The translations under genes and the position numbers were made by a program. The notes under the pieces were generated by a model, which was not told the DNA's origin, did no database searches, and was given only the letters and a program-made list of their open reading frames with translations. From NCBI GenBank assembly GCA_037441845.1, contig JBBIRK010000008.1:6952-70951 (forward strand): 64,000 nt of DNA. Reading direction: 5' to 3'. Shown one piece after another: positions 15,913 to 23,861 of this stretch. Within the stretch, counting starts at the first letter, position 1. Each line of letters starts with the position of its first letter. Source of the stretch: Candidatus Zixiibacteriota bacterium. Its GTDB lineage: Bacteria; Zixibacteria; MSB-5A5; UBA10806; 4484-95.

Positions 15913-17748
15913 CTACCGCGGCGGAAAATAGGGGCAGAATTCGAGCAGAGCCGAGCCTTTGAAATAGTTCACCAGCCGGGTGATATCCGAGCCGCGGAAC
16001 TCGCAATTGCCGTTGACATCACCGGCGATATAAATGTAGGCGCCGATCGAATCGAAATAACAACTATCGGGAGGCGGCGCACCGATAGCCTTGAAAAAGC
16101 GCACGCCATAGGTGGCATCCGAGCCGATAAGCACGCCGTCGCCATTGATATCGCCGAGAACATAGTCGCAAGGAGGCGCCCCGGCCGTCCCCCGCGGGCT
16201 GTTCGAAAGAGCCGACAGGTTCAAATTATCGTCGGTCGATTTCAGAGCAAAATAGTATGACTGTCCCTGAACTAGGCCGCTGACGATCAGCGTCTCCGCG
16301 GCACCGCCGTTTTTAGGGTAGGGAAGATTACTGATTCTTGTCGCGGCGTTCCATTCGTTTTCCGTATCGATCGGACCGAATGATTCCGCTCTGTAACGGA
16401 TATCATAAAGGGCTGCCTGTCCCGACCCGCCGTCATCGCCGGGCGCCGTCCAGCGCAACGTGATTTGATTTCCGAGCGGGCCGCCTCCGGCAAAGAGGTT
16501 GGTTACCTGTCCCGGCAACATGTGATCGGAAGTATCCTCATCGAGCGGATAATAGCGCGGCAAACCGAGAATCACCCTTTCATCCGGCCCGACGTTCACC
16601 CGACCGCTGGCGCTTACATGAAACAGACGCTGGCCGTTTGTCTTGATTACTATATCGCCGACGGCATAGCCGTTATAGCTGCGATAGTCCCCAGGGGAAC
16701 CGGAGCCTTCCTCCGTTTGCAGTACGATCGCCGCCGGCGCCGTCACGCAAACCGTGGCCAACGCCCGCAACACGTTATCGAGAATGTCGATTCGGGGAAA
16801 ATCCCAGCCGCTGGCCTGCCCGCCGCCTACGTTTATACAGGCGATTCGGGGCGTCAATAAATTCATGTAATCTTTATTGGTAGAGCTTTCGCTACCATGG
16901 TGATTGACATGCAAAACTTCCACCCCTAAAGCCCCCAGCAGATTGGCTCCCGATGGCGACCGCAACGATTGGGCAAGCGGCGTTTCGACATTTGCGTAAT
17001 CGGTGGCCGTATTTCTGCCGGTGCACCACTGATCGTCCTCGCCGCCTCCGAGGTCGGAGGCCCACAGGTACTCGAATTCGCCGTATCTGATAAGTAAAGC
17101 GATGCTCTTGTCGTTTTCCTCGGAAACCGAAACGCTTCCGCCGCCCAAGATATTCCCGTGAACGGCGACACAGGTTGCCGTGGCTCCATCACCGAGCTGT
17201 ATTGTCGTGCCGAGCGTCATCGGGACAGCCGGGCCGGCGGTCGTGGTGGCGGCGGCGTTGAAAAAAGCGGTCACGGTCGAGTTCGATTTGCTGCTGCCGT
17301 TGTAATAAACGCGGTTGAGCACATTGTATCCGCCGTAGATAACCTCGTCGAGTCCACCTATATGATCACCATCGAGATGGCCGGCAACCATATAGTTGAG
17401 GTCGTCGCTCGGTAAAAGGCCGATGCTGTTGAAATACGGCACGATATCGCCGTTGCCGTCGCCGTCGTTTCCGCCGTCCATCATCATGGTGGTGCCGTTC
17501 GGGCCGATAATCAAAGTGGCACCGGCGCACTGGACGTTGATATAGTGAATTTCGAGCAACCCCGAGGGGGTAAAGGCAGCCGCGCCGAGCGAAAACGAAA
17601 GAATCAATATCGCCGACAATAACCTCACGGCATAACACGGCCTTTTATTCCGGGCATATAAACCCAACGAGGTCCTCCTTCGAATCCATGAAGGTAACCC
17701 GTATAATATAAGCGAAGATCCGGAATTGTGAATTAAAAAAGTGATCAT
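15913..17748 (-). CDS. secreted ComEC/Rec2-type metallo-beta-lactamase-fold hydrolase fused to an Fn3-like domain and the dockerin-like C-terminal module
   Basis: 611-aa ORF. MVAGHLDGDHIGG (ComEC-type HxDxDH) and VNHHGSESS are present. The Fn3-like region reads LRWTAPGDDGGSGQAALYDIRYR. The C-terminus is CDYVLGDINGDG...GDVNGNCEFRGSDITRLVNYFKG...FCPYFPPR. The signal peptide starts around aa 41, and GTG at 17628 is an alternative start. Confidence 0.8.
   Translation of the reverse strand: MITFLIHNSGSSLILYGLPSWIRRRTSLGLYARNKRPCYAVRLLSAILILSFSLGAAAFTPSGLLEIHYINVQCAGATLIIGPNGTTMMMDGGNDGDGNGDIVPYFNSIGLLPSDDLNYMVAGHLDGDHIGGLDEVIYGGYNVLNRVYYNGSSKSNSTVTAFFNAAATTTAGPAVPMTLGTTIQLGDGATATCVAVHGNILGGGSVSVSEENDKSIALLIRYGEFEYLWASDLGGGEDDQWCTGRNTATDYANVETPLAQSLRSPSGANLLGALGVEVLHVNHHGSESSTNKDYMNLLTPRIACINVGGGQASGWDFPRIDILDNVLRALATVCVTAPAAIVLQTEEGSGSPGDYRSYNGYAVGDIVIKTNGQRLFHVSASGRVNVGPDERVILGLPRYYPLDEDTSDHMLPGQVTNLFAGGGPLGNQITLRWTAPGDDGGSGQAALYDIRYRAESFGPIDTENEWNAATRISNLPYPKNGGAAETLIVSGLVQGQSYYFALKSTDDNLNLSALSNSPRGTAGAPPCDYVLGDINGDGVLIGSDATYGVRFFKAIGAPPPDSCYFDSIGAYIYIAGDVNGNCEFRGSDITRLVNYFKGSALLEFCPYFPPR
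15916..16170 (-). other. Cys-containing dockerin-like C-terminal module, copy 3
   Basis: CDYVLGDINGDGVLIGSDATYGVRFFKAIGAPPPDSCYFDSIGAYIYIAGDVNGNCEFRGSDITRLVNYFKGSALLEFCPYFPPR. Confidence 0.75.
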
Positions 17749-17781
17749 TGTGGTCAGTGGCGTCCATTGATTTCTGAGTAA

Positions 17782-18624
17782 TCATTCCGCGCTGAACGGG
17801 CCGCAGGTGAATTTGTCGATTATCATTTCCAATTTACCGGCGGTGCTTTTCAAGTTGAAATAATGCCGAAAAGTATTTCCGAAACCCGCGCCCTTGATCC
17901 TCGGTTGGTCGGGATCGAATTCCCACGGATGCAGATAGACGATCACCGGACGCCCCTCGGCGTTGACCTTGCGAAAGTTGCGTCTTATCAAGAATCCCGG
18001 GTAAAATCTCAAGTAACCGCCGCCGCCTGCCGGAATCGTGCGACCCATGAAATCGACAACCGTCATCGGATACTCGCGGATGCTGGTATTTCGCAGAACG
18101 ATATCGAAAGGAGCACGGGGAGCGTCAGCCGCCTTTCCATATCGGAAATGTTTCATGGGGAAAAGCGACGAATCATATATGAACCCGAGATTAGCCAAGA
18201 TTTCGAATTTAGCAAGATCGTCGGCATTCAAAGAAAAACTGGGCGCTCGATAGCCCACCACCTTTTCGCCGGTTATATCCTCGAGCGTTTTTTTGGTGAT
18301 TTCGACATCTTTCTTGAATTCGTCGTCGGTCATGCGGTAGAGAAGGCGGTGATCCCAACCGTGGCAGGCGATCTCGTGACCGGCCTCCGCGACCTTCTTG
18401 ACCAACCCCCGATTCGATTCCGCTACGCATCCCAGAAAAAAGAAAGTGGCTTTTACGTTCTTGCACTCCAGAATTTCAAGGATCACCTCAGTTCCTTTAT
18501 CGACTCGGGTGGGGAAATTACCCCAATCCTCGCGGCGCACCGCTCTTTCGAGACCGCTTACCTGATAATATTCCTCTATATCGAAACTGAGGATGTTAAC
18601 CACGGGCGGATTCCCCCTTCGCAA
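17782..18624 (-). CDS. polysaccharide deacetylase family protein (DUF3473 / PEP-CTERM-locus-type subfamily by recollection)
   Basis: 280-aa ORF. ILSFDIEEYYQV ... ATFFFLGCVAE ... GHEIACHGWDH ... YLHPWEFDPDQP fits the NodB-fold deacetylase subfamily found in exopolysaccharide loci. Confidence 0.85.
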   Translation of the reverse strand: MRRGNPPVVNILSFDIEEYYQVSGLERAVRREDWGNFPTRVDKGTEVILEILECKNVKATFFFLGCVAESNRGLVKKVAEAGHEIACHGWDHRLLYRMTDDEFKKDVEITKKTLEDITGEKVVGYRAPSFSLNADDLAKFEILANLGFIYDSSLFPMKHFRYGKAADAPRAPFDIVLRNTSIREYPMTVVDFMGRTIPAGGGGYLRFYPGFLIRRNFRKVNAEGRPVIVYLHPWEFDPDQPRIKGAGFGNTFRHYFNLKSTAGKLEMIIDKFTCGPFSAE

Positions 18625-18631
18625 GTGAAGA

Positions 18632-19603
18632 TCAGCCGCTAAAAGCGGTCGGTTCGAGACGAAGATATTCGGTGGTCCTTTTTTTCTGATCGAGATCTTT
18701 CCAAACTCGCCTCACCTGCTCTTCTGTCAGATTCAAAACCCTGGCCGCCTCAGTCGCGGGAACGCCGTTATCTTTGGCATACCAAAGCAGATCCATCATC
18801 TTGAATTTAAGCCCGTAGAAAAATTCTTCTTGAGTTTGCTCGTCAGGGTAGGTATCGGTGGTAGGCGTTCTTTTCAGGATTTCGTCGGGAACCCCGAGAT
18901 AGGCGCCGAGCTGAAACACCTGGGTCTTGAATAAGTGGGCTATCGGCTTAGTATCGGCACCGCCGTCGCCGTATTTGACGAAAAATCCTTGCTCGTGCTC
19001 GTTTTTGTTGCCGGTTCCGATTACCGAGTAATTCAGCCGCTCGGCATGATAATACAGCATCAACATTCGGATCCGCTGTTTCATATTGGAGGCCGCCACT
19101 ATTTGCAAATACTCTTTAAGCGGCAATCTTTTGGTGATAGGCTGACCTCCGGGCGGCGTGGCCGTTAGGCGGAACAGGTTCAATCTGTCTGATTCGAGGA
19201 TATTCGTAGGAAGTACGATTTTCGCTTTCCAGCCCGGACCGTATTCGGGAAATACGGCCTTGAACGCGGCGTCCCGCCACTTGTAACAGCCGGCTCCCTC
19301 GAGCGCCCGCGTCACGTCCTCCACGACATATTCATAGCCGAATTTTTCCGCGAGCAGCTTGCCCAGGCGGGTGGAATCGGCCGAGGAATCGCGGTCCGGC
19401 AGCAACACCCCCAGCATTTTTTTCGGCCCGAACGCCCGAGCGCAGAGGGCTGCCACCACCGCCGAATCGATCCCCCCCGAGGTGCCGACCACCGCGCCGG
19501 CCCGTCTGAATTTATTATAAACTTGATCTTGTAAAAAATTCACGAGCTCTTCGGCCGTCTTTTCGCAATCCAATTCGAGCTCATCAAGGGAAAAGGCCAT
19601 CAT
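18632..19603 (-). CDS. NAD+ synthetase-family ATP pyrophosphatase (N-type PP-loop enzyme)
   Basis: 323-aa ORF with the PP-loop GTSGGIDSAVVAAL, plus GTGNKNEHEQGFFVKYGDGGAD and PIAHLFKTQV, as in NadE. It overlaps the ligase stop by 4 nt (ATGA), which suggests translational coupling. Confidence 0.8.
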   Translation of the reverse strand: MMAFSLDELELDCEKTAEELVNFLQDQVYNKFRRAGAVVGTSGGIDSAVVAALCARAFGPKKMLGVLLPDRDSSADSTRLGKLLAEKFGYEYVVEDVTRALEGAGCYKWRDAAFKAVFPEYGPGWKAKIVLPTNILESDRLNLFRLTATPPGGQPITKRLPLKEYLQIVAASNMKQRIRMLMLYYHAERLNYSVIGTGNKNEHEQGFFVKYGDGGADTKPIAHLFKTQVFQLGAYLGVPDEILKRTPTTDTYPDEQTQEEFFYGLKFKMMDLLWYAKDNGVPATEAARVLNLTEEQVRRVWKDLDQKKRTTEYLRLEPTAFSG

Positions 19604-21138
19604 GCCCTCGCTTTCGTCTTGTATTTTTCCACCAATTCATACTTTTTCGTCTTGCCCGATTCGGTTTTCGGCAGCGCGTCAACCTGGTATATTTCACGCG
19701 GGATTTTGAACGGGGCAAGGTTCGCTCTAAGGTGTTTGCGAAGCTCTTTCTGATCGATTTCGCCCTTGGCCACAATATAAGCCACGATCGCCTCCCCCAA
19801 AATCTCATCCGGTACCCCGACCACCGCCGATTCTATAACTCCGGCGAACTCGGCGATTACCTCTTCAATCTCCTTCGGTGATATCCGGTGCGCCCCGCTT
19901 TTTATCATCTCCGAACTGCGGCTTACGATATAAAGATATCCCTCTTCATCGGCTTTCGCCAGGTCTCCCGTATGCAAACCATCGGGTTTCAACACACGGG
20001 CGGTATCCTCGGGATTGTTCCAGTAACCCATCATTATATTGTCGCCTTTGGCGACTATCTCTCCGACTTTCCCGGGCGGGCAGATTCGTCCGTCTTCATC
20101 TTTGATAGTCAGCTCCACCCCGGGTATCGCTTTCCCGATAGAGCCGATTTTTTCGAGCAGTTTTTCGGGTTCAAGATAAGACAACCGCGCCGAGGCTTCG
20201 GTTTGCCCATACATTATGTATATTTTTATATGCGGCAGCGCCTCCATGATTTTCTGGGTCAGCGCCGGCGTCATCGGTCCGCCGGCCTGAGTGATATAGC
20301 GCAAATGCTCGAATCGATAATTGCGGATATTCGATTTATGCATCAGGATAGCGAAAGTCGACGGCACGCCCGAGAAACCGGTGACCCTTTCTTGAGCCAT
20401 TATTTCAAGGATCACGTTGGGATAAGCAAACCGCCCGTCTATAACCAAGCTTCCGCCGACAGCCATATGAGTTAAAAGCAACGAATTGCCGTAGGAATAA
20501 TAAAACGGCAAAATCGCCATCACCCGGTCTTCGGCGTTCAAATCGAGGTAACGGATTATCGAACTCGTATTCGCGTGAAGATTCCTGTGGCTTAACGTAA
20601 CCCCCTTAGGTTTACCGGTGGTGCCCGAAGTGTAGATAATCTGCGCCGGGTCGGTTTCCTGGCGGCTTGTTTGCGGCCTGGCGGGATCACCGCTAAGTTG
20701 GATATCGACAAGACTCAGCGCCCTGATATCTTTCGGAAGATGTTCGGCGCGGTCCTCGGCGACGACAAAACGCAGCGAGGGAATATCATGATAGACTTCT
20801 TTAATCACGGGCACGGCGTTTTTGCCTATAATCAAGCCGGTCACCGAGCAATCGCTCAGGATATTGCGGAAATCGCGTGCCGTTCCCTGCGAATTAAGCC
20901 CTACCACTATTCCGCCGGCCTTAAGGATTGCGAAATAAGCGATAATATAGTTTATTGAAGACTCGATTAAAATCCCCACCCGATCGCCGGGATGCAGATT
21001 CAGTTTCAGCAGCTGGTTGGCAAGCCGATTGGCCGCCGCTTCCAAACCCAGATAATTTATCCGTCCACCCAAATGGATAGCGGCGTCTTTATAGGGAAAT
21101 CTGGCGGCGTTTTCCTCCAAGTAATGATGAATCAGCAT
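19600..21138 (-). CDS. adenylate-forming acyl/aminoacyl ligase (AMP-dependent synthetase/ligase superfamily)
   Basis: 512-aa ORF. It carries the AMP-binding signature IIYTSGTTGKPKGVTLSH, plus YGQTEA, GDLAKADEEGYLYIVSRSSEMIKSG and the C-terminal PKTESGKTKK. Confidence 0.9.
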   Translation of the reverse strand: MLIHHYLEENAARFPYKDAAIHLGGRINYLGLEAAANRLANQLLKLNLHPGDRVGILIESSINYIIAYFAILKAGGIVVGLNSQGTARDFRNILSDCSVTGLIIGKNAVPVIKEVYHDIPSLRFVVAEDRAEHLPKDIRALSLVDIQLSGDPARPQTSRQETDPAQIIYTSGTTGKPKGVTLSHRNLHANTSSIIRYLDLNAEDRVMAILPFYYSYGNSLLLTHMAVGGSLVIDGRFAYPNVILEIMAQERVTGFSGVPSTFAILMHKSNIRNYRFEHLRYITQAGGPMTPALTQKIMEALPHIKIYIMYGQTEASARLSYLEPEKLLEKIGSIGKAIPGVELTIKDEDGRICPPGKVGEIVAKGDNIMMGYWNNPEDTARVLKPDGLHTGDLAKADEEGYLYIVSRSSEMIKSGAHRISPKEIEEVIAEFAGVIESAVVGVPDEILGEAIVAYIVAKGEIDQKELRKHLRANLAPFKIPREIYQVDALPKTESGKTKKYELVEKYKTKARA

Positions 21139-21156
21139 GTCAACCCCGGATACGGT

Positions 21157-21417
21157 TCAGGAATTTTTCTTGCGCCCGATATAACCGGCGATCCGATTGA
21201 CCGAGTCGAGGTTTTCCGGCACCAATTCGTTGTCTTCCACGGTAAAACCGAAATTGCTTTCGATAAAACTCACCAGCTCCAGCACACCTGTGGAGTCGAT
21301 AATTCCTTTATCGAGCAAGGAATCATCGTCGCCAAGTTCCTCGGCCGGACGACCGATCATGAAATTTTCCAGTATGAAATTGCGGATCTGTTGGACTGCC
21401 TCCAAGTTCCCTCCCAT
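21157..21417 (-). CDS. acyl/peptidyl carrier protein
   Basis: 86-aa ORF. LLDKGIIDSTGVLELVSFIE contains the phosphopantetheine-attachment DS motif in the usual helix-II context. TTG at 21405, preceded by GGGAGGG, is an alternative start. Confidence 0.8.
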   Translation of the reverse strand: MGGNLEAVQQIRNFILENFMIGRPAEELGDDDSLLDKGIIDSTGVLELVSFIESNFGFTVEDNELVPENLDSVNRIAGYIGRKKNS

Positions 21418-21433
21418 CGATCAAATTTGCCAA

Positions 21434-22759
21434 TCACAATATCGGCAGATAATTATCTATTTCGTATTTCGTCACCGCGATACGGTAACGGTCCCATTCG
21501 AATTTCTTGTTTTCGATCAAGGTATGGAAAATATGATCGCCGAGAACCTTATGCATCAATTCCGATTTCGCGAATTCACGAATGGCGTTTTCGAGCGAGT
21601 TGGGCAGGGTGTCGATTCCTGCTTTTTCCCGCTCTTTTTCGTTCATTTCGAAAATGTTCTCTTCGACCGGTTCCACCAATTTCATGTTCTTCTTTATGCC
21701 ATCGAGACCGGCCGCGATCATCGCCGCAAACGCAAGATATGGGTTGCAGGCCGGGTCGGGGCTGCGCAGCTCGACCCGAGTGGCGTTCTCGCGACCGACA
21801 CGATACATCGGTATCCTGATTAGGGATGACCGGTTGCGCCTACCCCAGGAGATATATACTGGAGCCTCATATCCGGGCACAAGTCTTTTGTAGGAGTTCA
21901 CCCATTGATTATTGACCAAGCACATCGCCTTGATATGCGCAAGCAAACCGGCGACATAGCTCTTGGCGATCGGCGAGAGATTATACTGGTCGTTTTTATC
22001 GAAGAAAGCGTTCTTGCCGTTTTTGAAAAGCGATTGATGTGTATGCATGCCGGAGCCGTTCTCGCCGAAAATCGGTTTGGGCATGAACGTGGCATAATAA
22101 CCTTCGGCCAGAGCGATCTCCTTGACCACCAACCTGTAAATCATCGCCGAATCGGCCATTTTAAGGGCATCTTGATACTTCAGGTCGATTTCCTGCTGCG
22201 ACGGCGCCACCTCATGATGTGAGCATTCGACTTGGATCCCCATCGCCTCCAGTGCGCTGGCGGTTTTCTTGCGCATTCGGGTGGCCGCATCCACCGTGGA
22301 ATAATCGAAATATCCGCCGTCATCGATAATCAACGGCTCCTTATTATTCTTGAAATAAAAGTATTCGATCTCCGGTCCCATATAGGCGGTATAACCTTCG
22401 GCGGCCGCCTCGGCCAGAACGCGCTTGAGAGCAAAACGTGAATCCCCCACATACGGTTCGCCGTGCGGCGTGAATATATCGCAGAATACCAACGCCACCC
22501 GTTGATTGCTTATTTCCCAAGGGATGATGGTGAACGTATCGAGATCGGGTTTGGCCTCGAGGTCCGATTCCTCTATTCTTACGAACCCCTCGATCGAGGA
22601 ACCGTCGAAACCCTGCCCGTGTTCAAGCACCTCCGCTATTTCGGATCTGGTGATGGTCATCCCCTTGAGATAGCCGAGGATGTCGGTGAACCAAAGGCGA
22701 ACGTAGTTGACCTTGTGATTATCCATCAACTCGAGAACTTCTTCTTTCGTTCTGGCCAT
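21434..22759 (-). CDS. glnA: glutamine synthetase, type I
   Basis: 441-aa ORF. VRLWFTDILGYLKG, FDGSSIEGF, GPEIEYFYF, HHEVAPSQQEIDL, KPIFGENGSGMHTHQS and NSYKRLVPGYEAP are canonical GS-I motifs. Its stop lies only 16 nt before the carrier-protein gene. Confidence 0.92.
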   Translation of the reverse strand: MARTKEEVLELMDNHKVNYVRLWFTDILGYLKGMTITRSEIAEVLEHGQGFDGSSIEGFVRIEESDLEAKPDLDTFTIIPWEISNQRVALVFCDIFTPHGEPYVGDSRFALKRVLAEAAAEGYTAYMGPEIEYFYFKNNKEPLIIDDGGYFDYSTVDAATRMRKKTASALEAMGIQVECSHHEVAPSQQEIDLKYQDALKMADSAMIYRLVVKEIALAEGYYATFMPKPIFGENGSGMHTHQSLFKNGKNAFFDKNDQYNLSPIAKSYVAGLLAHIKAMCLVNNQWVNSYKRLVPGYEAPVYISWGRRNRSSLIRIPMYRVGRENATRVELRSPDPACNPYLAFAAMIAAGLDGIKKNMKLVEPVEENIFEMNEKEREKAGIDTLPNSLENAIREFAKSELMHKVLGDHIFHTLIENKKFEWDRYRIAVTKYEIDNYLPIL

Positions 22760-22898
22760 GATTAATCCTCCATTAATGAATGCTGAATTCCGATAATAAA
22801 ACCATATCGGCTGTAACGGCTTTGTCCTGACCCCTTTTTTCTTTATTCCTAATGGGCCGGGAGTCGGTGTTCAAAGCTGAACAGCCTCTTTTCCGAGC

Positions 22899-23861
22899 TC
22901 ATAAAAATAGTCTATGCCAAGCTATCGTTTTTTCCAGCCCCGTCCTGAGATCCACAGCCGGCCTAAAACCGAGCAGTTTGCCCGCTTTCGATATATCCGG
23001 CGTCCGCCGGCGGACATCCTCGTAGCCCCCGCCGAAACTTTCGTAGGGAACCAAAATCGGCGCCGACTTGGAACCTGTCAGTTCGATTATCAAATCGGCC
23101 AATGCGGCTATTTCTATTTCCTCGACGGAACCGATATTGATAATCTGTCCGACCGCCGAATCATGCTCCATCGCCAGCCTTATACCGGCGATCGTATCGC
23201 TTATGTAGCAAAAACTCCTCGTTTGTTTTCCGTCGCCATGAATCGTCAACGGTTCATTACGCAACGCCTGCTCTATAAAAACAGCTTGAGGCCCGCCCCA
23301 CCAAGAGCGATGGTTATTGGGCCCGTAACTTCCAAAAAAACGCAGAACCACAACAGGGAGTTCCCGTTCCTTGTAATACGCCAGGCACAAGTGTTCGTCG
23401 AATATCTTGGAGGCGGCGTATGCCCAACGCCTGATCGATGACGGCCCAATCGTCAGGTCATCCAGCTCGGTGAACGGCGGGCACGGGTTTTTGCCGTAAA
23501 CATCGGACGTGGACGCCACGATGGTCTTTATTGCGTGGCGGGCGGCACATTCGAGCACGATGCGGGTCCCTTCGTTATTGACGTTCAGCGTCCTCAAAAC
23601 ATCGCCATATCGGGGGATCTTGAACGCCGCCAGATGGACAATGATATCAACTTTGTCGCAGAGCCCTTCAAGCACGCCCGGGCTGCGAATATCCGAATGG
23701 ACGAATCGGAAATTTCTTTGGCTGGGCAAATCGCCCAGGTTTTCCAACAGCCCATGCGACAAGTCATCGATGACGGTCACTTGCCAGCCGTCTCTGACCA
23801 GTGCCGCGGCAAGGTTTGAACCGATAAAGCCGGCCCCGCCGGTGATAATCGCTGCAGGCAT
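22899..23861 (-). CDS. NAD-dependent nucleotide-sugar epimerase/dehydratase (extended SDR)
   Basis: 320-aa ORF with the ITGGAGFIGSNL Rossmann motif and the YAASKIFDE (YxxxK) catalytic motif. Confidence 0.9.
   Translation of the reverse strand: MPAAIITGGAGFIGSNLAAALVRDGWQVTVIDDLSHGLLENLGDLPSQRNFRFVHSDIRSPGVLEGLCDKVDIIVHLAAFKIPRYGDVLRTLNVNNEGTRIVLECAARHAIKTIVASTSDVYGKNPCPPFTELDDLTIGPSSIRRWAYAASKIFDEHLCLAYYKERELPVVVLRFFGSYGPNNHRSWWGGPQAVFIEQALRNEPLTIHGDGKQTRSFCYISDTIAGIRLAMEHDSAVGQIINIGSVEEIEIAALADLIIELTGSKSAPILVPYESFGGGYEDVRRRTPDISKAGKLLGFRPAVDLRTGLEKTIAWHRLFL

Noticed and set aside
17863-21819. Plus-strand ORFs 17863..18642, 19888..20475, 20992..21819 and 21197..21823
   Set aside because: They are antisense shadows of the deacetylase, ligase, carrier-protein and glnA genes, and no independent coding evidence supports them.
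21434-22759. glnA as a non-GS gamma-glutamyl ligase paralogue
   Set aside because: All canonical GS-I catalytic motifs are intact and the length is standard, so I keep the glutamine synthetase call. Only its operon context is flagged as unusual.
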